A stretch of DNA of 64,000 nucleotides from positions 944,538 to 1,008,537 of the forward strand of contig MU004235.1 in assembly GCA_010405405.1 (NCBI GenBank). The letters run 5' to 3'. Below are positions 1-13,700 of the stretch, in pieces (position 1 is the first letter of the stretch; each line of letters begins with the position of its first letter). The notes under the pieces were generated by a model. It was not told where the DNA came from. It did not search any database and saw only the letters and a program-made list of their open reading frames with translations. A program made the position numbers and the translations under genes. Source of the stretch: Microthyrium microscopicum (Eukaryota).

Positions 1-896
1 AGATTCCTTAATCCGGAGGAGAAGGAGACTGCGCGAGAGCGGTTGTTGGCTGATACGCCTGTTGGAATTGATGGTCAACAAATGCAAGTTCTGATCCTCA
101 ATTTTCGATATTTACCTGGTTTGCTAACATTATTTTGATTAAGATCGGAGCACGATCAGTCGTTCACTTGGTCTGAAGTCCGTCGCGGTGTATTCAACCT
201 CCAAGTCTGGCTATCATCCATCGCCTATCTCTGTATCAACATCGGTCTCTACTCCTTCAGTCTCTTCGTACCCACTATCATAAACAATCTAGGCTTCGCC
301 AAAGATCCCAATGAAGCACAGCTATGGACAGTCATACCTTATGCTGTTGCCTCTGTTGGCATTGTGTTCTTTGCCTTTCTGTCTGATAGACTGCGCGTGC
401 GAGGAACGCTCATGTTATTCACACTCCCTCTCGCCATCCTAGGCTACGGCGTGATATCTGTGAGCTCAAATGCTCGGATACAATACGGCATGACATTCCT
501 CATGGGGACGGGTATATATTCGTCAGTTCCGCCGCTGCTCTCTTGGAACAGCAACAATAGCGCTGGCCATTATAAGCGTGCGACAACTAGTGCGCTTCAG
601 CTTGGGGTAGCCAACTGTGGTGGTTTTGTGGCCAGCTTTTTGTATGAGAAGCGGGAGAGTCCACTATTTCATCGCAGTCACTCGGTTGTGCTTGGATCGC
701 TATGCGCAGCCTGGGTTTTGTAAGTACTTCTAATCACGATCTCGAATAGAATATTGGTCGATACTGACTGTTGAATAGCATTTTCGGCAACGTGGCCTGG
801 TGTTGGAAGATCAATCGTGACAAAGCTAGAGGGAAGTATGCCGAGTTTGCAGGATCAGGAGACGATCGAGATCCGAAATTTAGAATGATACTATAA
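1..896 (+). CDS. MFS transporter, anion:cation symporter (Dal5/Tna1-like) family; 3' part only, gene starts before the window
   Basis: Hand-spliced frame RFLNPEEKETARERL...FTWSEVRR...LSDRLRVRG...WNSNNSAGHYKRATTSALQLGVANCGG...GDDRDPKFRMIL*. Introns are 84-143 (GC-AG) and 720-778; TAA at 894-896. Confidence 0.88.
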
Positions 897-1154
897 TATA
901 CATGGTTTTCAGAGGTACTATGATATTATTAGACTTTTAATAGCTCAACAGATGCTGCTCTAATGTTTGTATGTTGAATGCCACGTCTTTTCCATGCTTC
1001 ACAATGCTTTGCGAAATCTATCATGAAGAGTTGAACCACACGTTCGAACAATCTCTATCTCATAGCAATCCTGTCTAAACCTACAACTGATACCAACAAA
1101 GCCCCGTTACTCCGTGACATGCATTACAACGTTGGCGAATACCAAAAAACCCAG

Positions 1155-3329
1155 TTAGCCTGTAGTTGCGTTTGATGAGTTGGTAAATGCGAGTGGTTTG
1201 CCAGTCAGCGCTTCTACAGAGACTGGCGGTGCGTGGAAATGTGCCGGCGATGTCTCGTCCGGCGTGATGGGCTTCATCTGTATCTGCGAGGAAGGTTTAT
1301 GCTCCGGGACGGGTGAGCCGTCTGCAGCGGGTGTGGGTGGTTTGTAGAGGAAGTTAGCGATGGACGATTGTGGGACCGACGACTTAGTCGACTCTATTGA
1401 GCCGTTAGTTGAGCCTAACGCAGTGTTCTTGACAGGCGAATCCACTTCCATAGCACCTGCATCTGTTGGACGGTGCATAGGGCGCGCGGGTGACTGATGG
1501 GGCGTGGGGTTGAGGCGCTCGGGTAGCTTGAGAGTGTTGCGGCTGCCGTAGTGGAGCTTGACAACGAGGCTGGAAGGTTCGGCGTCGTCGTCAGAGGAGA
1601 TGCTCTCTTCTTCTTCGTCGTCGTCAACGGCCTTGTCGTCGAGCTCTTCGTCGCCGTCCCAGTCCTCGCCGGAGGACAGAGCGTCTTCTTCATCGTCCAT
1701 TTCATCGACTTCATTATAGCCGGCAATACGTTCACGACCGGTTGTATACTCACTTAGACCGCTTCGGCCTGCTGCGCGAGTTGGACGTCCACCATTTAGG
1801 CCGCGAGGTTCCTCGGAGCCATCGGAGCGTTCAAAGTTATCGGTGGCAGGGGAGGCGCGACTATTGTCTCCACTATCGCCATACATGTTACCAAACCGCG
1901 GACGAGTCTGCCGACCGCTGGCAGTGGTAGTTGGCTCAGTGGAGAGACCAGTCACAGTTCCGGCGGCGCGGGCAGATCGGCGCGGCTGCTCGGGGTTTTC
2001 TGACATGGAAAAGTCATCTTCATCTTCCGAGTAGGTATACTTCATGCGCTTGCCACGAGTACGACCTTCATACATAGAATAGCCTGGCTCAGGACGAGAG
2101 AATTGAGCCTTTCGTTGCATGCGGTATTCGCGGCGCTTCCGTTTCTAGAGACCGTAAGTATGCGACGTTAAGGGTTATGTAAGCGTAGGGGTGCAAACCT
2201 CTTCAGTAGCCTCAAAGCGCGACAGTGCAGCGGTGATGCGCTGGCTTAGTCTTCGAGCCGCCTGAGAACCATCATTGTCGAGCTTAACGGCAACTTCCTG
2301 TAGTTCATCGATGGAGCCTGCGATGCTGCGCCAGGTGATGTTTTTGAGTGCGGGGTTGCTCTCGCGATACAGCCGGAATGGAGTATCATCACGACCCTCA
2401 ATAAGCCAATAGCGACGTTTATCGCCATCGCGACCCCAGGATTGTACAGACAGAGGTTGGTTCATGTCATCGTCATGTCTGTTTTGCTTGTATGAATCCT
2501 TGATCATACCTGAGATAGCTTCGGAGCTGTGAAGTGACCACATGATGATCGCCTTCAAGAGGGAGAGCTAGGGACACCTCATTAGAGTTATCGCGATCAC
2601 AGATGGACTGTACGTACTCGCTCGGTAGGTCCTATAGTATTGAAAGTTCTTGTGCCAGCTATGGGATTCACGCCTTCCCAAGCTCGGGGCCACTGGGATT
2701 TTTGTGAGGAGATGGCATCTTCGAGGGCTCGATTGTAGTGGCCACGTCTGCAGGAGCAAATTATCAGCACAACCATCATTGAAAAGACGGTATGTCCATG
2801 ATGAAATTCTTGAAAGAGTATTCGGCGCATTAGGTACGTACTCGACGGGTTTCTTGCGATTGAGCATGAGGCCAAGAAGTGCGCAAAGCAGACTCTCGAC
2901 TTGCGGTGAAGGAACAGTATCCACAACACCTCGCTCAATGTCCTGGGGTCCAAGATTTATCAATTTCGGAGGAAAGGCATCGCTGAATCGCGATCTGAAC
3001 ATGACAATGAACTGCGCGATGAATTTTAGCATTGATTCGCGCCGCAAAGAAGTAGAAGAGTAAAAGCTGCATTCTGCGCATTTTGACGCGTTCATTACGC
3101 GACAGTAACTTACAGCTATGTCTGGATTATCTGCGAGGACCTCTTCATGAGGTGGTGATGGCTCTCGCTTCTTTTTCTTGGATGCCGGCGACGCAGATTG
3201 CGGTACAGGAGAGGATGCCATATCAGATGGTGTTCTTGGAGGAGTGTCGTTCAGATCAGAGAGCATTTCATCATCGCTCCCAGGTGGCGATGACAGAGCG
3301 GATGAGAGGGGAGAAGAGTGGGCGGACAT
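1155..3329 (-). CDS. WHIM1-domain-like chromatin protein with an acidic, disordered C-terminus; 5 exons
   Basis: ORFs 2568-3329, 2597-2953, 2175-2558 and 1155-2120 join through 4 canonical introns (the first is 3012-3113). Motifs FIVMFRSRF...ERLSLLKAIIMWSL...WGRDGDKRRYWLIEG resemble WHIM/WSD motifs. Confidence 0.72.
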
Positions 3330-4459
3330 GATGGGTTGATTTGTGGGAGTCGCGCTTGCCGTTCAGACTTGTCACATTGAATGGTGTTAAAGCAGAGCAC
3401 GGGAGAACGCGAGGTTCGGAGTCTGAGTGCTCAGTGACGGGACCTCCCCAGCCAACCTTCCGCCCCCTCAACGGCTCCCTCGCATTGCCCCTGAAGTCCA
3501 ATAATGGCACTGGTGGAATTCTTAGGCAAATAGATATTTTATAGATGAATGTAGGCACTTTTATGGACTGAGAATCTAATCTCACGTGCTGTTAGAAACA
3601 GCTGCGAAGAATCTTGAGTGTGAGAGAGCAGTATACACCAACAGAACAAACTGAAATACGAAGAAGATGAACTGAGCGAAATTGTGCTTGTATATCTTCA
3701 CTATAGGATATCTCAAGGTCTCAGGCCTTTTGCTGCTCAGCGATGTGTTTGCTTGCGGATTTAGTGGGGACATTTGGAGGTCCAATGGCAAACAGAACAG
3801 CGGGAATGGCCCGTCGATTGCTCAAGGTCGCAAATATTCTGTTCATGAATGGAATGGTCCACCAGGTACAGCGGAAGACCAAACATGTTCTCTTTCGGGA
3901 GGTGATGGAGACATCTTTGCTGGTGGAAGCACGACCACAGCTCACCAGTCTGATTATCAGGGCTATGGTGTTCAGTCTACGACTTGCTGTCATCCCCAGT
4001 GAGCTCCAATCTGAAGACTACTCATAAAAGAAACCAGGACTCCGTAAGCCGCGAAAGACGTAAGATGGCATACGAGAAGAATACATCATCTTATTCCTTC
4101 GTGATTCACAAGATCATCACTCAACTTGACGAGCAAGTGAAGAGCGGATTGCGTAACAATTTCCCGCGTCTGCAAACTTCTCTTCCCGAAGATATATTCC
4201 AGATGATTCCTCGCTCTTGGTTTATTGGTATGTATCGTTATCAGCCAGATGGCAAAGACATCGTGGCAAGAGTATGTAGATGAAACTCATGACAGGAGTT
4301 TAGGCAGTTGGAGGAGACATAAATCCAAAATCACATTCTCTGAGAGCCAGACTTTTTGATGCAATTTGTACTTGAAGTTAGAATTGGCTTCGAGAAAGAA
4401 AAGAAGTCGCGACATATGTTCTTCAGTTTGGGAAGCGACGAGTGGTAGAGGAGATACCG

Positions 4460-4472
4460 TAACCCTAGCCCC
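4460..4472 (+). promoter_or_regulatory. TAACCCTAGCCCC, a Homol-E/Tbf1-like ribosomal protein promoter motif upstream of RPL2
   Basis: Lies about 125 bp upstream of the RPL2 ATG and resembles the ACCCTA/TTAGGG motifs of fungal RP promoters. Motif match only. Confidence 0.35.
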
Positions 4473-4587
4473 ACTCGCTTACATAATTCAACGCCAAGCA
4501 TCACGTCCCACTGACAACTCCAAAATTTGGAAGCCATATTGACTTTCGCCAGCACAATCACCCTCTCGAAACCAGCAATCGTTCAAG

Positions 4588-5723
4588 ATGGTAAAATTCT
4601 CTCCTCAAACAGCCTCGCCAATTCTAACTATTTAATAGGGTAGAGTCATTCGCAATCAGCGAAAAGGTCGTGGCTCCATCTTCACCTCCCACAACCGGTG
4701 CGCAATTCTCCCTCGCCCACATCCATTGAAGATAAATACTGACACCTTCATACAGCCTTCGCAAGGCCCCAGCCCAATTCCGCAACCTCGATTTCGTTCG
4801 TATTCCTACAATCTTACTCGCGGAACACCACTGACAATATTCAAAAGGCTGAACGACATGGTTATGTTCGCGGCTTGGTCAAGGAGATCATTCACGATCC
4901 AGGTCGTGGTGCTCCTCTCGCTCGCGTAGTCTTCCGTGACCCATATCGCTTCAAGCTACACACCGAGACCTTCATTGCGTACGTCTTCCACATGTAGAAA
5001 AGGAACATTGTCAGGATTTATGGCTAATGGATCAAAAGCAACGAGGGCATGTACACTGGCCAATTCATCTATGCTGGCAAGAACGCTACCTTGACTGTCG
5101 GCAACATCCTCCCAGTTGGTCAACTTCCCGAAGGTACCGTTGTCAGCAACGTTGAAGAGAAGGTTGGCGACCGTGGTGCCGTAAGATATATCCAAACAGT
5201 CGCGACAAACAATGGACTAATATTCGAATAGCTTGGACGTACCAGCGGAAACTATGTCACTGTCATCGGTCACAACCCAGATGAGGGTATGTCTCGCGTC
5301 CGTTGAAAACTGCTCTGGACTATGCTGATAAGAAATAGGCAAAACTCGAGTCAAGCTTCCATCCGGTGCCAAGAAGGTCGTCAAGTCCAGCGTTCGTGGT
5401 ATGGTCGGAATCGTCGCCGGTGGTGGACGTACAGACAAACCACTCCTCAGTACGTTTTCCTTGATTCTTTGCGCTTACAGCTACTAATGCATACAACAGA
5501 GGCTTCAAGAGCCAAGCATAAGTTCGCCGTCAAGCGTAACTCATGGCCTAAGACTCGTGGTGTTGCCATGAACCCCGTCGACCATCCTCACGGTGGTGGT
5601 AACCATCAGCATATTGGTAAGGCATCGACCATCTCACGGTACGCTGCCCAAGGTCAAAAGGCTGGTCTCATTGCTGCTCGGAGAACTGGTCTGTTGCGTG
5701 GTACTCAAAAGACCAAGGACTAA
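4588..5723 (+). CDS. RPL2: 60S ribosomal protein uL2 (L2/L8); 8 exons
   Basis: Spliced [43 protein letters not shown]...[10 protein letters not shown]...[26 protein letters not shown]...[14 protein letters not shown]. Seven introns; exon 1 codes only the ATG. Confidence 0.97.
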
Positions 5724-7825
5724 AGGTTCTAAACCGGGTTTATTGGCAATGGGCATGTGTCTTTTTCTTGCATTCGGTGTCGGGTATAAAACTTAGTCCA
5801 TGAATGCAATTGGACAGTCTTTTCTCACTGGCGTGTTCCTCCTTCTGTTGACTAGTGCTCATGTTATATGTCGTGGCGAAGTCGTACCGCACAGCTCAGT
5901 CAGATGCTGCATTTTTTGATGCTAAGACACTCATTCTGATGTCGTGGTATAGTTGGAGATTAGAAGAGCAATAGTTCACCCGGTATAATTGTGCTGTAGC
6001 CCGGAGATTTTGGGATAGAGGTTCCTGGTAGCCAAGCCACGATCTGCTCTTTAATGGATTCTTGGCCGCGCGTAATTAGGTGCCCCTGCTCTAGTTATGA
6101 AACCGCAGAGCGTGTCTATTCTGGTGCTACCATTTGACAACTGAGTTTGGTGCGGTAAGGAATAGATGGGGTTCTTTGTTATATGGTGACACTGACTGTG
6201 ATTAGTGGTCAGACTGGACGGGTACCTCACTAATCAAAAATAGTAAAAGCTTGATGTCTATTGAGGATTACTTTAGTGACATCAGATGTGAATTTGTACG
6301 AAATGTATTTGGATCTCCTTATCACGATTTGATATCACTCCAAGGGCGCATCATCGGATCACTACTAGATGTAGATAATGGCCAAGATGATTGATTTGAT
6401 AGATGGCATGGTCTCTTGCGCTCAAGAGGAAACTGGAGATTTGGGATTGATCGCAAACAGCATGGGCAAGAAGAAGGGCACGCTCTTATCAACGGTGATG
6501 GATACGGTACTCACATCAACTCTCAACAGAACATTCCATATGTATTCCAATCGCAGTCGATGAGCATTCCGAATACTGAGTACGTTCTATTCAAGATAAA
6601 GCAGTCGAAAATAAAGAATAGTGGGTAGTCGCTGGAAGCATGCCAGTTATGTCGTCCACACACTGCCCCATTGCGGGCACCACATGCGATGCCCTGGTGG
6701 GAGATGAGTGTGGTTGGTTTGTCTCAGGGGTATACCCTTGATGATTCAAGAGTTGGGTAGTAATTACAGCCTTGATAGGTCTGATAGCCTTATGAGCCAG
6801 GACCAGTTGGTATGATCCAGGATGGTACAACATTGAGTTTCTATGTTAGGCGCTTGGCCTCCTGGACGGTCTATCGACTTGTGTCTTGGTTTGGTTGCTT
6901 GCCAGGAACAAGTTATGCCAGATTCAGGACTTGCCGTATTGGAACTTAAGTTGCTTGAATCGGACTGTGGGCGGAGGAGTGGAGGTGGTAAATGGAGTAA
7001 AGCGAGTTGGTAAACAAAGGGCGATGTCGTGGATGCGGCAATGCTCGGAAAGAGTTACACATTATTGAATGCTGAGCATCGTCATAACTGCTACAGGATG
7101 TCTCAAACAGAAGATCTCGCATTAGATACAGGTGGTATTATTGGAGGTGAGGAAGCCCGCCTTGCCGAAACACGTTACAGAGGCGATCGAGCCACTTGGT
7201 GTCATTGAGAATGTTTGGTTGAGCGTAGACTCCACACGGCAGGCCAGAACAGGCCAGAGCATTGCTGCATTGTATTTCCTGGTTCTTCCTGAATATTGAA
7301 CAATGCAAGGCTCAAGCAAACCAAGCAATTTGAAAAGAAACAGAAGGTGCTTACTTCTTTACATACTACTACTGTACTAGTCCTACTCTACTCTACCCAA
7401 GGTACATGCAACTCTAATCAATACCCATTACCCAGTCTTGACTCTTGCCTTGCCAATACACACTCTACTCCTTTTGTGATCGAGATCCCAGCATTGCTCT
7501 TTACTGTTCCCAAGCAACCATCATCCATCCAAACCCTCCTAAATCGTCACCTGGCCAGCCTTGCAACCTTCTTTCTCCCCGTCATAATTATTATCCCCCC
7601 CTAAAGTTATTGACACCAATATTCTCCACTGCCTTTTAGTGTTGCACCCAAATCGCTCTTTGTCATTGGGAATTCACCCAGTCTCTCTGCCGCTACTTTT
7701 GCTTTTGTTACATCCTACTCCACATCCCCCACCACACCCTTTTACTATCCTCTCCACCCCATTCTCAGCTACCATTCCCCTTCTCCAATCTTTTCTAGAT
7801 TTTTCTTTCCAGCACGCTCGTCACC

Positions 7826-9346
7826 ATGAATGTCAACAAGAAGTTGGGTCGTTTCAAGCAATGGGCGGGTGAGAAGATGGGCAGCGAGGCCAAGACGGGT
7901 ACAACCGACGACTTTAAAGCGCTGGAAACAGAGATGAACTTGCGCCATGATGGTATGTCCCTCATCATGATCCAACTGATCATTAAATGTACTGGCGACC
8001 TTTCACTAACAGGCGCAAAGGAATGGACCGTCTGCACAAGTCGATGAGTCTCTATGTCAAGGCACAGGGGCGAAAGGAGTCCGCAGATGACCGCGATAAG
8101 ATGCTTCCCGTTGGTTATCTAGGTTCTACTATGGTTGGCCATGGCCAAGACTTTTCTCCAGATTCAGAGTTTGGCAATTGCTTGTTGAGTATGCTTCTCT
8201 AGACATCTTCCAAGCCAGCACTGCTCACAATCTATAGCTTTTGGTCGCGCCAATGAGGCCATTTCTCGCCGCACGGAAGGTTATGTAACCAGCTCTACAT
8301 CTGTATGGCTAGAGTCTTTAGAGCGTTCTTTGGCACAAATGAAGGAATACCAAGCAGCTCGAAAGAAGCTCGAAACACGCCGTCTCGCCTATGATGCTTC
8401 TCTTGCCAAGATGCAGAAAGCCAAGAAGGAAGACTTTCGTGTGGAAGAAGAACTTCGAGCACAAAAGGCCAAGTACGAAGAATCCAACGAAGACGTATTC
8501 CGTCGCATGGAAGATATCAAGGAGGCCGAAGTTGAGAGCATTGCCGACCTCACCAAATTCCTCGAAGAAGAGCTGGCCTACCATGAAAGCTGCCGTGAAA
8601 TCCTAAGCGATTTGCACCGAAACTGGCCTGGCGTCTCGGCCACGTATGTTCCCTCAGACTGCATGCCTAACATTGTTTCAAGGGCTAACTCTCTTAGTCA
8701 AAACGGCATGAATGGAAGAAAACCTGCTCCTCGTGGCCGTTCCAACACCATGAACAGTTTCCACGACAAGTACGCCGTCGTCGAAGAAGAGCCGGAAGAG
8801 GCACCCGCCCCCAAAATCAAGCCTGTTATCTCGCGCACACACACCGAGTCGTTCGCCGCCCGCCATAACCATAACTTTGACTCGCCCAAGATCTCCCGCA
8901 CAAACTCGCTGCAGCGTACCAACACTGACACATCTGTCGTTGGTGGCACTTATAGTCGCTTTGCTTCCAACGAGTCTCCTGCCGAGTACCAACGGTCTGC
9001 GCGAGACTACTCACCCGATAGCAATGGCAAGAGTTCTGATCCTGGCTCCAACGGAAACATATTTCAGCGCACACCACTCCGCTCACTCACCCGTGTCGAA
9101 AGCAACCCGGATCGCAGTGAATTGGAGAATCGCTTCTCGTACATGAACCGCAACCCGTCGCCTCCTACCTATGGCAACCGCAATCCGTCACCGCCCAGCT
9201 CAGCTAGCAGCTTGAATGGCGGTGCGGTGAAGAAAGCCCCGCCACCGCCTCCACCTTCTCGAGCAAAGAAGCCGATGATGGGGCCACAGGGGATGAAGCG
9301 GTCGGCATATAGCACGGACACTGTACCGCATTTACTGCATCAGTAG
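7826..9346 (+). CDS. N-BAR domain protein with a low-complexity, proline-rich tail and no SH3 domain
   Basis: MNVNKKLGRFKQWAGEKMG...YQAARKKLETRRLAYDA...EEELRAQKAKYEES, ending with KKAPPPPPPSRAKKP. Introns 7953-8020, ~8189-8238 and a probable in-frame intron 8644-8697. Confidence 0.87.
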
Positions 9347-10735
9347 GAGATGAATTGGGAGGATTTTGGGACTGGTTAGGTACGGCATATATCTACAGCA
9401 ACGGGCATGTGGCTGTATTAGTGGGTTATGGGTTTGTGTTTGATAGATCATGGCGAGTGATGGCGTGCTGGAAAAGCGGTCTAGGATTAGATTGTGACTT
9501 CTTTTTATGCATTCCTATGAACCTTGTACAGGGAGTCTTCGGGCGGATGTACATAGCAGGCAGTTTTGATACGAATAATGACTATTTCATGTTTGGATAT
9601 GGGAGGGGATAGAGTGAGATGAAATTGATAGCAGTCCAGTAGATATGGCATAAGTTCTGATGGACGGATATGTGTGAAGCATGAATGATAGTAGCATTGA
9701 CGTGATACTGTGCCAGTATTGGAAGACTTAGGCAGTACCGTACATACAAATATCTGGAGAAAGGGCTTGAATGAGTTTGCTAGAAATCAAGCGCTCATGC
9801 TCTCCTAAGGTAGTATGTACGCGAAAGCAAACATTTGAATGCAATGAAAGACTCCAAGGCTCCAAGGCAGGAGACTGGGAAGGTCAGGCACACCCCTTGA
9901 CATATTGAGGCAGATGTGATTCAGGGCAAGGGCAAGCCAAGAAAGGCAGTTGTTATCGTGTTAGCGCTACAGTAGGCTCCTGTAGGCTGCAGTGGGCTGC
10001 GATTGGGTAGATATCACGTTATCGGTACCAAGCCGAAGAATGGCCGGGCAGGTTGGGAAAGCTCAACTGGCGACCTGGCTGTGTCCTGTCTTGTCCAGTT
10101 GCCAGTCTTGGTGAGTTACGGACTTGTACTTTTGCCTACCAACAATCAACCGACAATCCAGAACAGTGAAGTTCATCTCATCAACTCCCAACTTCAACGC
10201 GTCGCGTTACCAACAACCCCCAGCTCTGGCTATTTCGCCAATAGCAACCCTCCCGCCCGCTTTTTGCCATTTCCTCCCTGCACTCTCGCTATTTTGCACA
10301 AAACTCTCCCAATTCCTCTCCGCGCCATCAACATCCCGCCCTCACCTCCCATCCCCCATCCCCCATCCCCGAAACGGCCGCACCCTCCAAAACCGTCAAC
10401 ATACTTGCGCCTACCCGCGTCCACACTCTTCTCAACATCAACTGCCCTGGGAACTGTTGATTTGCAGTACCATCCCATCTCTTCCCACTCCCAACCCTAT
10501 CCTAATTGCCTCCGGTTGTCAATCCATCAACCACTCGCGACGCGCTCCGGTCATCTCGATATCATCCACTAGGCGCGCAATCCAACACCACTCTTCTCAA
10601 CGCGATTCAACATAGCCTATACATTATTGTTTTTCAGTAGGAAATCACGCGCTCTCTACCCCCGCACTGCTGGGCAATCGCCCTAGGCTTGATAACTACG
10701 GTACTCAATTGGATATATCCCTATCAAACAACATC

Positions 10736-13700
10736 ATGGCGACCATGTCACAGTCTCCAACTCAGGCTAAGGCGCCTCAAGGCCCAAACATCATGTCTGG
10801 CAGCGTGTCCAAGGAAAAGATACAGGCCATTTTCAAGGTCTGTTCAATCAAAATGGTATCATTATCACTTGCTAATATAAGGTAGTCTTATAATGAGATG
10901 CGATCTCAAGGAGTATCAGAAACCGATCCACAATTTCTCAAATATAAAAACTTCCTGCACCAATTTCAACAGCAACAGGCTCTCATGCGCCAGCGACGGG
11001 AACAACAAGGAAGCCAGCCAGCTCAGGGAACCACAGCGCCTAGTACTAATGGTGTCAACGCGACTGCTACTCCAAACATGGCTGCTAATGGCTCAGCAAA
11101 ACCTGGAGTTGCCAGTCCGCAACAGTCTAAACCCAATGGAGCAACTGGTCCAGCTCTAGCAATCACACCTCAACAGCGTGCACTACTTCGCTTTCAATTG
11201 ACTGCGTACAAGGCTCTACTTGGAAATGCACCTATCGACCTTCAAACTCAGGCTGAACTCTTCAAGAATCTTGCGAAGCTTTCTACTACGCAATCACCAA
11301 TTGCGGAAAAGAAACCGTCCGCAGGTTTGGAAGGAACAGCGGCCACAGATGTAGTGACAGCTGCACCGCGTGGAAATGAACCATTCAAGCGGTTTGAAGA
11401 TCCGTACCTAAGATACGCACCGCTGCTTTATTCTGAACTTCGGACCAGTAAAAACAGTCGTTATATTGCGCCTTCAGTGACTCCGCAAGGTGTCAATGTT
11501 TCCCATCTTGCCGAGGATCGCGACGTCATTCTTTACAATCGAGTCGAAGCTGCCCGTAAAGACCTTGCCAATCTACATACAAACATTGCTACCTGGAATT
11601 CACGGTCCTCGGAAACCCAAACTGAAGACTGGGCCCTGAAGCGAAAGTTGCTGATCAAGTACAAGCAACTCAACCTCTTGCAAAAGCAGCGCAATCTTCG
11701 AACAGTGATCAGCCGAGAGATGGCCAATTCTGACAATCTCGCGATGACTGCAAATCGTGCGAGCTATAGAAGAATTAAGAAGCAGAATGTACGCGAAGCT
11801 CGAATGGCGGAGAAGCTCGAAAAGCAACAGCGTGACGCCCGAGAAACGAAAGAAAAAGAGAAGCAGAGCAATTTCCTACAATCCATTCTACATCACAGTG
11901 GTGAATTGAAGAAGGCTGCTAGTGTACAAAGGAATAAGACTCTTAAGCTCGGACGTCTTATGCTTCAACATCACCAAACCTTGGAGCGTGACGAACAAAA
12001 ACGAATTGAGCGAACCGCCAAGCAGCGTCTGCAGGCGCTCAAGGCCAACGATGAAGAGACTTATCTCAAGTTGCTTGGTCAAGCCAAGGATACTCGTATC
12101 TCTCATCTACTCAACCAAACTGATGGCTTCCTCAAACAACTTGCGGCATCGGTCAAAGCTCAGCAACGAACTGCCAATCAATTCCACGGTGCTGGCGCTG
12201 CGCCCGAATCAGATTCCGAGGAGGAGTCTGATGTTGAAGACAGTGGCGCAAAGGTTGATTACTATGAGGTTGCTCATAGAATCAAGGAGGACATCCACGA
12301 GCAATCTTCCAACTTGATTGGCGGTAAGCTTAAAGAATACCAAATCAAGGGTTTGCAATGGATGATATCCTTGTACAACAATAACCTGAATGGTATCCTG
12401 GCTGATGAAATGGGTCTTGGCAAGACGATTCAATCCATCAGTTTAATTACGTATCTCATTGAGAAGAAGCGTCAACCCGGACCATTTCTCGTCATTGTGC
12501 CGTTGAGTACGCTTACCAACTGGAACAGCGAGTTTGAGAAGTGGGCGCCTAGCGTTCAGCGCATTGTTTATAAAGGACCACCAGCTCAGCGCAAACAGCA
12601 GCAACAGCAAATTCGGTGGGGCCAATTCCAAGTGTTGCTCACCACTTATGAATTCATTATCAAGGATCGACCTATTCTCGGCAAAGTCAAGTGGCTACAC
12701 ATGATCGTTGACGAAGGTCATCGAATGAAAAATGCAAAGTCCAAGTTGAGCAGCACCATCACTGAATATTACAACACCCGATACCGACTCATTCTTACTG
12801 GTACACCACTTCAAAACAATCTTCCCGAACTTTGGGCACTGCTCAATTTCGTTCTACCAAACATTTTCAAATCTGTCAAGTCTTTCGATGAGTGGTTCAA
12901 CACTCCTTTTGCCAACACTGGTGGTCAAGACAAAATGGAGCTCACAGAAGAAGAACAGATTTTGGTTATTCGTCGCTTGCATAAGGTCTTGAGACCTTTT
13001 TTGCTGCGTCGTCTAAAGAAGGATGTCGAAAAGGATCTTCCAGACAAGACCGAACGAGTCATCAAGTGCAACTTTTCTTCTCTCCAAGCAAAGCTATACA
13101 AGCAGCTCGTTACCACAAACAAACTCATGGTTGGCGATGGCAAAGGCGGAAAGACTGGTCTTCGTGGACTAAGCAACATGCTCATGCAATTGCGAAAACT
13201 CTGCAACCATCCTTTCGTCTTTGAAGAAGTTGAGGATCAAGTCAATCCCAGTCGGCAGACCAATGATCTCATCTGGCGAACGGCCGGCAAATTTGAATTG
13301 CTTGACCGTGTTCTACCAAAATTTCAAGCCACTGGCCATCGTGTCTTGATGTTCTTCCAGATGACTCAGATCATGAACATCATGGAGGATTACATGCGAT
13401 TCCGTGGCATCACTTATCTCCGTTTAGATGGTAGCACGAAAGCCGATGATCGTTCCGAGCTTCTTAAGCTCTTCAATGCGCCAGACTCGCCATACTTCTG
13501 TTTCCTTCTATCCACCCGTGCTGGTGGTCTAGGTCTCAATCTACAGACTGCTGACACGGTCATCATTTACGATTCGGATTGGAATCCCCATCAAGATTTG
13601 CAAGCTCAAGATCGTGCTCATCGTATTGGACAAAAGAATGAAGTTCGTATCCTCCGTCTCATCAGCTCAAACTCCGTCGAAGAGAAGATCCTCGAGCGAG

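Noticed and set aside
5800..7400. Short ORFs between RPL2 and the BAR gene
   Set aside because: All are 80 aa or shorter, with no recognisable motif or coherent splice model.
10003..10615. 189- and 163-aa Pro/Ser-rich ORFs upstream of snf21
   Set aside because: They have non-ATG starts in C-rich leader sequence that is naturally poor in stop codons.
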